A stretch of DNA of 64,000 bases from Tubulanus polymorphus (Eukaryota; Animalia; Nemertea), in NCBI RefSeq assembly GCF_964204645.1, contig NC_134030.1, positions 13,041,947-13,105,946 of the forward strand. The letters are read 5' to 3'. The translations under genes were made by a program, and so were the position numbers. The notes under the pieces were generated by a model. It had not been told where the DNA came from. It made no database searches and was given only the letters and a program-made list of their open reading frames with translations. This document shows, in pieces, positions 53,001 through 64,000 of this stretch. Positions within the stretch are counted from its first letter, which is position 1, and each line of letters begins with the position of its first letter.

Positions 53001-53449
53001 CGGGATTCGAACCTAATGGAAACTACAGTGACTATTAGTCATTAAAGTTCACATGCAGTTCACATGTAGTGCCGCATGCGCAATGTGCCGATTTCGCGAC
53101 TAAGAGCAATTCCAGCACTGACTAATGCGCATGCGTTAGGTAGAAACGGAGACTTGGGAAACTTAACGGTTTTTGCATCCGCAATCGATCAAGTCGAACA
53201 TGACGACGACCTCAAGGCATGTCTCTGTAACCGAAGGTAGAGACTAAAACGGTTCAGGACTCGGCAGCGGACACCGGCCCTGAAAGAATTTCAAAACGTG
53301 TATTGTCGGTACCTAGCACGATTTCAGCGTTTTTCGGGAATTCCCTGAAATTTCGGCGTTTTTCGGAAATTCCCTGAAATTTCAGCATTTTTATTTCAGC
53401 GTTTCAGCTTTTCAGTGTTTCAGCTTTTTCAGCGAAGTTCAGGAACCGG
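50037..53449. mobile_element. 3.4-kb non-autonomous TIR element with cargo (MULE- or hAT-like)
   Basis: ~200-bp TIRs CCGGTTCCTGAACTTCGCTG with internal gctgaaa repeats; perfect TSD TCGTTTCA (readable as 10-bp GTCGTTTCAC); no transposase. Confidence 0.9.
52434..53176. mobile_element. Nested MULE-type MITE
   Basis: TIR GCAAAAACCGT.AAGTTTCCCAAGTCTC, perfect 9-bp TSD ATCCGCAAT, three internal cggg(a/t)ttcgaacct.at units. Confidence 0.85.
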
Positions 53450-53477
53450 TCGTTTCACCGTCCAGGATAAAGTAAAT

Positions 53478-53928
53478 CCTGAATAAATAAAATATGCGAA
53501 TTATAAATAATAAAACTGTTTATTTATTCTATGGCGAATTACACACATCCGTAGTACACGGAAGTGTAAAGTGAATTGACCAAACGCCAATACATTACAT
53601 ACATAAAGTAAATCCTACCCCATGACAGAACATTATCAATTACATGCTTATATTTTCACAGAACACAGACTAACCAATATTCGCACCCAAACCCACAACT
53701 TCCGGTTAAGCACAATTAAACCTCAGATCAGCTGAGATCGCAATTAATACATCTAAATGACCTTACAAAGAAAGGCAGTGCTAAAGGCCGAACAATATTA
53801 CAACGAATAAAGAGAACGATCGCCACTCGCCTGAATAAATAAAATATGCGAATTATAAATAATAATACTGTTTATTTATTCTATGACGAATTACACACAT
53901 CCGTAGTACACGGAAGTGTAAAGTGAAT
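53478..53928 (-). repeat. ~99-bp direct repeat pair ending in a splice acceptor (minus strand)
   Basis: 53478-53576 matches 53830-53928; the downstream part continues on the far side of the 50037-53449 insertion. Confidence 0.85.
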
Positions 53929-54202
53929 ACGGGATATCGACAAATTCAAGTTCTTGAATTATTCGTTTGATGGCACTAGTCAGAACCGGAAATTGGAACC
54001 TAAATCCGCAATGTTCTAGTTCATTTGCAATAAAAGTCTCTCGCTTCAAGTTTTTAGTTAGCGATATTTTACTTATGAAATGAGTGAATTTTGATATGTC
54101 AATCTCAATGGAATTGGGATTGAATGGGTTAAAACTATATTACTGTATTGTGGTGCCTCTGTGACATGTTGAGGTACTAATCTGTCTGCTGATTCTACTA
54201 TT

Positions 54203-54655
54203 GTCACTCTGTTAAGGAAATTCAGCCATGTAGGGTGAATTTCATGTAGGAAAATAAAGTCGATACTATATTGTACTCTGTCTATTTTCGTCTCTTTAGG
54301 TAAGATTTATATTTATTTATGCATTGTATTCTAAGAGTTAATGTTGCTAGACCGTGCTCTTATGGTAAAAGTATTTATATGACTGAAACTGGACCATTCT
54401 TTAGAATAGATGTTTGGTCGGTGAGTATTTTAATATGGAATATAATGGTTATGGAAATTAATTGATTTTGCATGTCTGTTGCGTATGATGAATTAAATTA
54501 AATTAATGAATCAAATGTGTTTATATAAGAAAACTATTGTAAGTATTGATCCTATGGTCACTCTGTTAAGGAAATTCAGCCATGTAGGGTGAATTTTATG
54601 TAGGAAAATAAAGTTGAAACTATATTGTACTCTGTCTATTTTCGTCTCTTTAGGT
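54203..54655 (+). repeat. ~97-bp direct repeat pair ending in a splice acceptor
   Basis: 54203-54299 matches 54557-54653; the first copy is followed by GTAAGA. Confidence 0.85.
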
Positions 54656-55363
54656 TTGACCGGATCGGTGATATCTATCGGTGGTCAGTTCGACCGTAAC
54701 AGGGAGAGATCGGAGACTGGTTAGCCCTGTTAATGCAGCACGGCTACTCGAGGTAGTGGAATGGCACACCTGGGAATCCTGTAGATTTGATTCGCGTTTC
54801 GAATTGCGCAGTTCGGGAAGAAAATAAATATATATATATATATATATGAATAAAACCTCACTGAGAGTTTACGTGTAATTTACTCGGAGGAAAATACCGT
54901 TCTGCGACACTTACTATAAATAGGCGTGCATAATCCTTTAAGTATGATATCCTGACAATGTGTTGAATTCGATGAAACCTCATTTTGAACGCTAAAGATC
55001 ACTAGAAATGTCAAAAAAACTACCAAAAATCACAAATTTAGCGATGACGCTCGAAGCAGCTACGGAAGTAAGTGACTGGTGCCAGTTGTCATCACTTTGT
55101 TGTTGAGTTCAAGACTCTAACTAAGGTGAATTTATTGCAGGCTACACTGATAAATATGAAATAATATTATGAAATAAAATTGATTTTTGAAGGACTACAC
55201 TCGTAGATTCATAATAAAAATATGAAAAGTACCAGTAGTCTGTACTCACCGAGCCGTCGTGCTACAAACAACCGGTAACAACGACTGGTATTCAGACTAC
55301 CGACTCTCCTGACTTGGATACTCTCGGAGTTACCCTCTACTCGTTCGTTTTACCCTTTACAAG

Positions 55364-56805
55364 GGGTCTGACTATTTCAGATGGCTGGGAGTCACCTTCA
55401 TTTCGGTCTGCAAATTATACATTTAGACTTTGCCTACGTACCTAAAATGGCGGACGATTCAACTTCATCTTCCGATCCGTCTTGTTCTTGTCATGATTGT
55501 CATGATTTTATGGGGGTGTCAGCACTCATCAATGAACACGAATTGAAGTCAAGAACTAAGTGGTGCGTCTGGTGGAAGGAAAAGTTCTCTGAATATAGTG
55601 GTGGTATGTATGGTGGCTGATTAGGGCCAAGTTAAAAAAAAAAAATTTCGTGCAATATACCATGCAAAAAATATATTGCATCGTTTCTGCGTCCGTTTCT
55701 GCGCGGCGCAAAAACGAAATTTACCGCGCCAAAACGAGCGCAGAAACGAAATTTCGTTTTAGCGCCCGTTTTGGCGCGTTTTAGCGCGGTGATTTCTCGT
55801 TTTTGCGCCCCGCAAAAACGAAGTTCGTTTCTGCGTCCGTTTTTGCGGGGCGCAAAAACGAAATTTACCGCGCAGAAACGCGCCAAAACGAGCGCAGAAA
55901 CGAACCTTCGTTTTAGCGCCCGTTTTGGCGCGTTTTAGCGCGGTAAATTTCGTTTTTGCGCCGCGCAGAAACGGACGCAGAAACGATGCAATATATTTTT
56001 TGCATGGTATATTGCACGGAATTTTTTTTTTTTAACTTGGCCCTAATCAGCCACCATAGGTATGTTTATCTTTTACCGTAATTTTAATGTCTCTCTGACT
56101 CTAGTCTAGTCTTGTTAATTGTTTTCTGTTCTATCTATCTAGGCCTATAGTACAGTATAATAACTTATAAGCTGATGAGTGTTGTGTTAAGAAAGCACTT
56201 GTCGTGTTGACATATGGCCTCGCAAACAGCATATATACACCAGTACGAATAAGCCTTCATGTACTGTTTTTCGATATGATCGTATGCCTATAGGCGCAGG
56301 CGCGCGTCACCGGAATTACAGATATTATTGGGGCAAACCACTTCATTTCATTTCAGCGAAATCGCAATATAATGGTGATCATTACAAAGATTTGGTCGTA
56401 ACCAAAATTATGGGGGACAGATGCTTCATCGCCCCCCCCCCCCCCCATGATGCCGCTTTGACAAGCTGCCAGTTTTGCTTGGCCTAGCCTACTTAAACTA
56501 TAATTTTCTGGTTATAATTTTAATTTTATAAATGCTTGACTTGAATGGACTTAATACCAAAACATATTTTTGGTGGGGGTGCAACATGCTTTTTTCTCTT
56601 TCACTTACTGCTTTTTGACTTAATGTTTTTGTCTAATACTCCATATAACATGTATATGATGTATTTTTGATAAAGGTTATTGGGATTATTACACAGCACA
56701 AATGTGGTGTCAATTAGTTCACATAAAAAATTTGCTAATTATTTGAATATAGGAACTTTTAAAGTTGTGGAAAATTTTTGTCCATTGTAAATGTGTGGAC
56801 TCATT

Positions 56806-56897
<92 letters not shown>
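55364..56897 (+). mobile_element. Truncated copy 1 of the GGGTCTGAC-TIR element
   Basis: Near-identical to 57681-59550 apart from nested insertions; breaks off in an (AT)n run. Confidence 0.85.
55609..56058. mobile_element. IS3EU-type palindromic non-autonomous element
   Basis: 450-bp near-perfect palindrome, TATGG...CCATA ends, 6-bp TSD GGTATG confirmed by the empty site in copy 2 (~57920). Confidence 0.8.
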
Positions 56898-56901
<4 letters not shown>

Positions 56902-58364
56902 GTCAAAGTCGAAACTTGGTGAAGCGCACAGCCAGTCTTAAGTTTTAACGAATAAATAGAGGCGAGTGTTCGGTGTGGTCCGTGGCCAAAGAAAATCACC
57001 CAAAATGTCAAAGATCTTCGAGCGAAGATTCGCCTTGATCAAATACATGTACGAATTCATTTTGCGAAAAAACATGCTTTGGGAGTGTTGATTACAAATT
57101 GAAAGCCTTGTTTGTGTTATCTTTCATACGACAATAAATCTTCCTGTATTTTCAGATATGACCTACGAACGGCTTTAACAGTTTTATATATTTTACACAA
57201 GAAATTTGAAGATTAAATAAGAAAAAAATCATTTTCTGCGAAAAACAACGTGGGAGTTTGGGAATGTTGATTACATATTTACTCCCAGGGATTGGCAAAA
57301 TTTTGAGTTAATTATTCAGTACTTGTGTGGAGCGGGACGGTCATTTTGTAACACGCGGACCGCGCGCGCGTTATTCTTCGGGACTCGACCCTTAGCGATG
57401 CCGTGAAACCGGCGCGCTTGTTATTCTAAAAAATTCGACCCGTTGCTAAGGGACTGTGCTTTTTGTGGGATTCGAATCCAGTCTTCCAATCGGTTTCTAC
57501 GGAGAAATACGAACTAAAAATACTATTTTTTGACAATATTTTGTGAATATTGTTTGTAAATATTATGAAAATTACACAAAATCATTTTGTTATCCTTCAT
57601 CCACGTATTTAAACTACCCGCGCGACGCGGCCCGCAAGTTTCGACGAAAGTCCGTCCGTGACCGTCATTTTCGTTGCCGCGGGTCTGACTATTTCAGATG
57701 GCTGGGAGTCACCTTCATTTCGGTCTGCAAATTATACATTTAGACTTTGCCTACGTACCTAAAATGGCGGACGATTCAACTTCATCTTCCGATCCGTCTT
57801 GTTCTTGTCATGATTGTCATGATTTTATGGCGGTGTCAGCACTCATCAATGGACACGAATTGAAGTCAAGAACTAAGTGGTGCGTCTGGTGGAAGGAAAA
57901 GTTCTCTGAATATAGTGGTGGTATGTTTATCTTTTACCGTAATTTTAATGTCTCTCTGACTCTAGTCTTGTTAATTGTTTTCTGTTCTATCTATCTAGGC
58001 CTATAGTACAGTATAATAACTTATAAGCTGATGAGTGTTGTGTTAAGAAAGCACTTGTCGTGTTGACATATGGCCTCACAAACAGCATATATACACCAGT
58101 ACGAATAAGCCTTCATGTACTGTTTTTCGATATGATCGTATGCCTATAGGCGCAGGCGCGCGTCACCGGAATAACAGATATTATTGGGGCAAACCACTTC
58201 ATTTCATTTCAGCGAAATCGCAATATAATGGTGATCATTACAAAGATTTGGTCGTAACCAAAATTATGGGGGACAGATGCTTCATCGCCCCCCCCCCCCC
58301 ATGATGCCGCTTTGACATGCTGCCAGTTTTGCTTGGCCTAGCCTACTTAAACTATAATTTTCTG

Positions 58365-59249
58365 GGGCCGGTTTCACAAAGCGTAATTAACCCTTAATTA
58401 TGATTAAATCACTAATCATGATTAAATTATCATGATTTAATCAAGTTAGGTGTTTCACAAAACGTAATTAACTTTAATTATAATTAAGTTAATTACAAAA
58501 TTTAATTCTCCTCTAGAGTGTAATTAAACCATTTAATCATCATTAGTTTATTATTAAAAACAAAAAGCTGCAGATATTATTCATGGAATTTGGTGTTTAT
58601 TAATTGACGACGGCAATTCCTACACTTATTCAGTTATTCAGATTGTTTGGCTCAAATAATTTGGATTTTTTGCCTTTTGTAAAAAAGGCATGTCAATATA
58701 AATTCTATTGATTTATTTTCAAACGTCCTATGTTTTTGTCAGCACGACCACCACATACTTAGAAGTATTGAATTAATTGATTTTGTCCATACATATGATA
58801 GATTTCTGTCAGTAGAGTACATATCTATGGAGTTAGTGTTAAAAAGTGCTAATCACTGCTCGGAAATAAACCCCATTTACGAGGATTTTATTTTGCTGAC
58901 TGGAGGTGAGTTTCTATTTTAAAACTTTTGAGACATCTTGCTAAGTTTTTCCACTGGTTCCTGAGACCTTTCAGCGCAATCTTTAACTCCCAAAGGAGTG
59001 AATTTCTCTTTTCCTCTAAACAAGGAAGGTTATTTTGCTTGGACAGCAAATGGCTGTCTAAAGTTCCGCCATTTTGATACAGTTAAATTGTAATTAAGTT
59101 GCCTAATTATGTAATTAGTTAATTTTGTAATTAAACCCTTTCGTGAAACCGAATTTTAATCGTAATTAACTAATCATGATTAAGGAAATTTAATCATGAT
59201 TTAGGTCCTAATTATAATTAAAGTTAATTATGCTTTGTGAAACTGGCCC
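58365..59249. mobile_element. PIF/Harbinger-type MITE
   Basis: TIR GGGCCGGTTTCACAAAGC, 3-bp TSD CTG/CCG, empty site ttttCTGgttata in copy 1 (56508). Confidence 0.85.
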
Positions 59250-59531
59250 CCGGTTATAATTTTAATTTTATAAATGCTTGACTTGAATGGACTTAATACC
59301 AAAACATATTTTTGGTGGGGGTGCAACATGCTTTTTTCTCTTTCACTTACTGCTTTTTGACTTAATGTTTTTGTCTAATACTCCATATAACATGTATATG
59401 ATGTATTTTTGATAAAGGTTATTGGGATTATTACACAGCACAAATGTGGTGTCAATTAGTTCACATAAAAAATATGCTAATTATTTGAATATAGGAACAT
59501 TTAAAGTTGTGGAAAATTTTTGTCCATTGTA

Positions 59532-59849
<318 letters not shown>

Positions 59850-59855
59850 CCACTG

Positions 59856-59967
59856 TGGACCCAGTTCCACAGTTGTGAGTTAGAGTTAACTCTGAGTTAA
59901 AGTTAGTTCATTTTCAATGTTTTAACCCAGGGTCAAATCTTAACTCAGAACTGTGGAACTGGACCCA
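59856..59967. mobile_element. ~110-bp palindromic Harbinger-like MITE
   Basis: ccagttccacagtt...aactgtggaactgg; same size and design as 15245-15354. Confidence 0.55.
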
Positions 59968-62594
59968 GGTGAGCTAATTTGGCCATTTTGGTTTGCTTTT
60001 TAACTTTTTACAGATAATAATTTTTTATATCTTATTAACCCGATCGTTGTAGAGAAATGTTTGACAATCACCATATTTGTATATCAATGACTTGTAATAT
60101 TCAACATATTGTACTCATTGTCACCTAACATCATCTGCACCGTATGCACTATTAAAATGCTGTAAGGCCGTGTTGTAATCCATTTTTTTTTAAGTCAATC
60201 AGAACTATGTACATGTATATTCAAATTTTAAAATTGTGGAAGTTGATTTATATCAGAACAATGTGGTGTTTATTCAAATTAAGAAATTTGTGAAATAAAA
60301 AAGTTTGTATGGTACATATATGTTCATGGTTTTAGTTTATATTTTTCTTCAAGTTGAATGTAATTTGGGAGGACTTTTTAAGGATTTTCCTTTTGGATAG
60401 CCGATCTCCTGATTGGAAATAAGTTTCTATTGGTCATTAATTTGAATTTCATTCAGACAAAAAATGGGAATTTTGTTTGAACGAATTGCGCTGAAGGACC
60501 GAGTTCGTGGAACGATTTACGGGATTCGAACCCAGTGTATTGGGCTACGTTACATCGTAGGTGAAGTCTAAATGCATAATTCGTTGACCGAAATGAAGGT
60601 GACTCCCAGCCATCTGAAATAGTCAGACCCGGACGGTATGGAGAAATATAGAAAATTTGAATTTGCCTCATACGCGCGATTAACTTAAGAAGCTTCCAGC
60701 TCGCGCCTTCGGCGCTCGCTGTGCGCTTAATATATCAAAGTCGAAACTTGGTGAAGCGCACAGCCAAAGTTTTATTGATTTAAATAGAGGCGAGTGCCCT
60801 TTCGGCAACTTATATAGAATTCTTCGTTGTAAAAAAAACATAGGTTTTGCGGGGGCACGTATTCGGTGTGGTCCGTGGCCAAAGAAAATCACCCAAAATG
60901 TCGAAGATCTATTCGAGCGAAGATTCGCCGTGATCAAATACATGTAAAGAAAAGGAATTCCTTTTTGCGAAAAAAAACATGCTTTGAGAGTGTTGATTAC
61001 AAATTGAAAGCCTTGTTTTTTTTATCTTTCATACGAGAATAAATCTTTCTGTATCGTCAGATATCTTCTACGAACGGCTTTAACAGTAATGTTTTACACT
61101 AGAAATTTTGTTTCCAAGTTCTACATTGTAAAGAATGTAGGTTTTGCTGAAGGAAGGCACCCGGTGGCGTGACCAAAAAAATCACCCAACATATGATAGA
61201 CTCGAGCGAATTAAGGGACCCGTGATTAAAAAAGAAAAAAAATCATTTTCTGCGAAAAACAACGTGGGAATTTGGGGATGTTGATTACATATTGAGAGCC
61301 TATTGTTTTATCGATTACACGAGAATAAATTTTTCTGTAGTTAAAAAACGTCAGATTTCTACATTAAATCTCATGGCTTCAATAGTTTTATATGTTTTAC
61401 ACTAAAGATTTGTTCCTAAGTATTACAACGGGTTGCATGGGTACGGAATTAATGGAACAACGGTATATTAAATACGGATTATAGCGAATTTTACTGGAAA
61501 CGGAAAAGGGGATAACGTTTGAAAAACGGGAGTAAAAAACACATAAAGATACGATTTGTTAAAAACGTGCGGCATTTTACTCCCAGGGATTGGCAAAATT
61601 TTGAGTTAATTATTCAGTACTTGTGTGGAGCGGAACGGTCATTTTGAAACACGCAGACCGCGCGCGCACCTTATTCTCCGGGACTCGACCCTTAGTGATG
61701 CTGTGAAACCGGCGCGCTTGTTATTCTAAAACATTCGACCCGTTGCTAAGGGAATGTGCTTTTTGTGGGATTCGAATCCAGTCTTCCAATCGGTTTCTAC
61801 GGAGAAATACGAACTAAAAATACTATTTTTGACAATATTTTGTGAATATTCTTTGTAAATATTCTGAGAATTACACAAAATCACTTTGTTATCCTTCATT
61901 CACGTATTTAAACTACCCGCGAGACGCGGCCCGGAAGTTTCGACAAAAGACCGTCCATTTTCGTTGCCGCGATTTAGCCAATGCCCATGTGTCCCGGATG
62001 TAAACAACACTTTTTGAGAAGGACGGTATGGAGAAATATAGAAAATTTGAATTTGCCTCATACGCGCGATTTACTTAAGGAGCTTCCAGCTCGCGCCTTC
62101 GGCGCTCGCTGTGCGCTTAATATGTCAAAGTCGAAACTTGGTGAAGCGCACAGCCAGTCTTAAGTTTTAATGAATAAATAGAGGCGAGTGCCCTCCCCAA
62201 CTCATATAGAATTCTACATTGTAAAAAACATAGGTATTGCGAGGGCACCTGTGTTCGGCGTGGTCCGTAGCCAAAGAAAATCACCCCAAATATCGAAGAT
62301 CTATTCGAGCGAAGATTCGCCGTGATCAAATACATGTATAGAAAAGGAATTCATTTTTGCGAAAAAAACATGCTTTGGGAGTGTTGATTACAAAGTGAAA
62401 GCCTTGTTTGTTTTATCTTTGATACGACAATAGATCTTACATGATATTATATATGCACTTATCTGATATGTTTTACGAACGGCTTTAATAGCTAAAATGT
62501 TCCCAAGCTCTACATTGTAAAAAATGTAGGTTTTGCTGAAGGTAGGCACCCGGTGGCGTGACCGAAGATAATCGGCAATCAGAAACCAATCACC

Positions 62595-63105
62595 CGAAGC
62601 ATCTATATCGCCCTCACAATCGCAGCATCTATATCGCCCTCACAATCACAGCATCTATATCACCCTCACAATCACAACATCTATATCACCCTCACAATCA
62701 CATCTATTTCACCCTCACAATCGCAGCATCTATATCATTTTACTTTTTCTGAAATGTTGACGAGAATGACCAGATCATCGACTATCAGGTTTCTGATTGC
62801 CGACTGCCGACTCGAGAAATGGTCGACAATCAGGTTTCTGATCACCGATTGCCGACTCGAGAAATGGTCGACAATCAGGTTTCTGAATGCCGATTGTCGA
62901 GGCGAGAAATGGTCGACTATCAGGTTCTGATTGCCGATTGCCGATTGTCGACTCGAGAAATGGTCGACAATCAGGTTTCTGAATGCCGATTGCCGATCCG
63001 AGAAATGGTCGACTATCAGGTTTCTGATTGTGGATTACCGATTGTCGACTCGAGAAATGGTCGAATATCAGGTTTCTGTATGCCGATTGCCGGATTGTCG
63101 ACTTC
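62595..63105. repeat. Two adjacent minisatellites: ~26-bp (gcatctatatcgccctcacaatc) x5-6 and ~43-bp (cgactatcaggtttctgattgccgattgtcgactcgagaaatggt) x7
   Basis: Direct tandem units; the block replaces ~120 bp of the macrosatellite unit. Confidence 0.9.
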
Positions 63106-64000
63106 TGAAAATTACTTCACGTGCCTCTTTCTATCGATCTGCTCGAATTAATACTTTTCTCAGTGAAAACATTGGAACCAACCCGCAGATCTACTTTTAC
63201 CTATTTTGGAGTTGAGCCTTGAGAGCCTATTGTTTTATCGATTACACGACAATAAATTTTTCTGTAGTTAAAAAACGTCAGATTTCTACATTAAATCTCA
63301 TGGCTTCAATAGTTTTATATGTTTTACACTAAAGATTTGTTCCTAAGTATTACAACGGGTTGCATGGGTACGGAATTAATGGAACAACGGTATTTTGAAT
63401 CATTTTGTTATCCTTCATTGACGTATTTAAACTACCCGCGCGATGCGGCCCGCAAGTTTCGACGAAAGTCCGTCCGTGACCGTCATTTTCGTTGCCGCGA
63501 TTTAGCCAATGCCCATGTGTCCCGGATGTTAACTACACTTTTTGAGAAGGACGGTATGGAGAAATAGAGAAAATTTGAATTTGCCTCATACGCGCGATTA
63601 ACTTAAGGAGCTTCCAGCTCGCGCCTTCGGCGCTCGCTGTGCGCTTATAAATTCCCATAATAAATTTTTCGAAGATTTCTGACTCTTCAAGTCACTTCCA
63701 ATTAAAAGTTCACACTTACCAAAATGGAGTCCTAATGGAATTTTTTTTCTTGTTTAAATTTCGATGAAATTAATTCTTGCATACCGGTAGCCTATACATG
63801 ACAGATTGCTTACTTCACACCAGTTTGGAGAGCCACTGGACCATTGGTCCTTTATTTCAATACCTTGTGATTATCTCGAATGACATTGAAGTGTAAGCGA
63901 ACATTCACTTAATAAAGTGTAATAGTGAATATGTGTAAGGCCTCCACGTGTATGGGCAAATATAAAAATCAGCGTTTCGTCTATTTGTCTGTACTTTGAT

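Noticed and set aside
56172-56205. CTGATGA...GAAA hammerhead-like text (also 58028 and 24692)
   Set aside because: Stem II and stem III cannot pair.
62760-63105. Regularly spaced repeats resembling a CRISPR array (also 19015-19390 and 11988-12235)
   Set aside because: Units are contiguous tandem copies without unique spacers; eukaryotic context and no cas genes.

Overview
AT-rich, repeat-dense animal (invertebrate-type) genomic DNA with spliceosomal introns; nothing prokaryotic. Two multi-exon genes, mostly missed by the ORF track, were rebuilt by hand from GT-AG sites and reading phases, and they lie head-to-head. (1) Minus strand: a CNBD2-like cyclic-nucleotide-binding protein (ATG 19970, a 27-nt micro-exon, continues off the left edge). 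(2) Plus strand: an 11-exon secreted CAP/SCP (CRISP-like) protein (24471-47374, about 390 codons) built as signal peptide - CAP - Pro/Thr linker - unknown 2-Cys module - ShKT-like domain - second copy of the unknown module; exon 3 carries in-frame stops. Introns and flanks hold nested, decayed mobile DNA: a BEL/Pao and a complete Gypsy LTR element, CR1/L2-type LINEs, Helentron-type non-autonomous elements, a probable mini-Polinton with virus-like cargo, P-, MULE-, Harbinger- and IS3EU-type foldback elements, a Penelope-type minimal hammerhead ribozyme and a ~1.4-kb macrosatellite. Least explained signals: three unrelated repeats sharing a hairpin-AATAAA-AG|GT duplicated architecture, a very dense TAGGCCTA cluster with in-window evidence for a transposon-footprint origin, and the repeated 2-Cys module. 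All assignments are by eye; no database searches were run.
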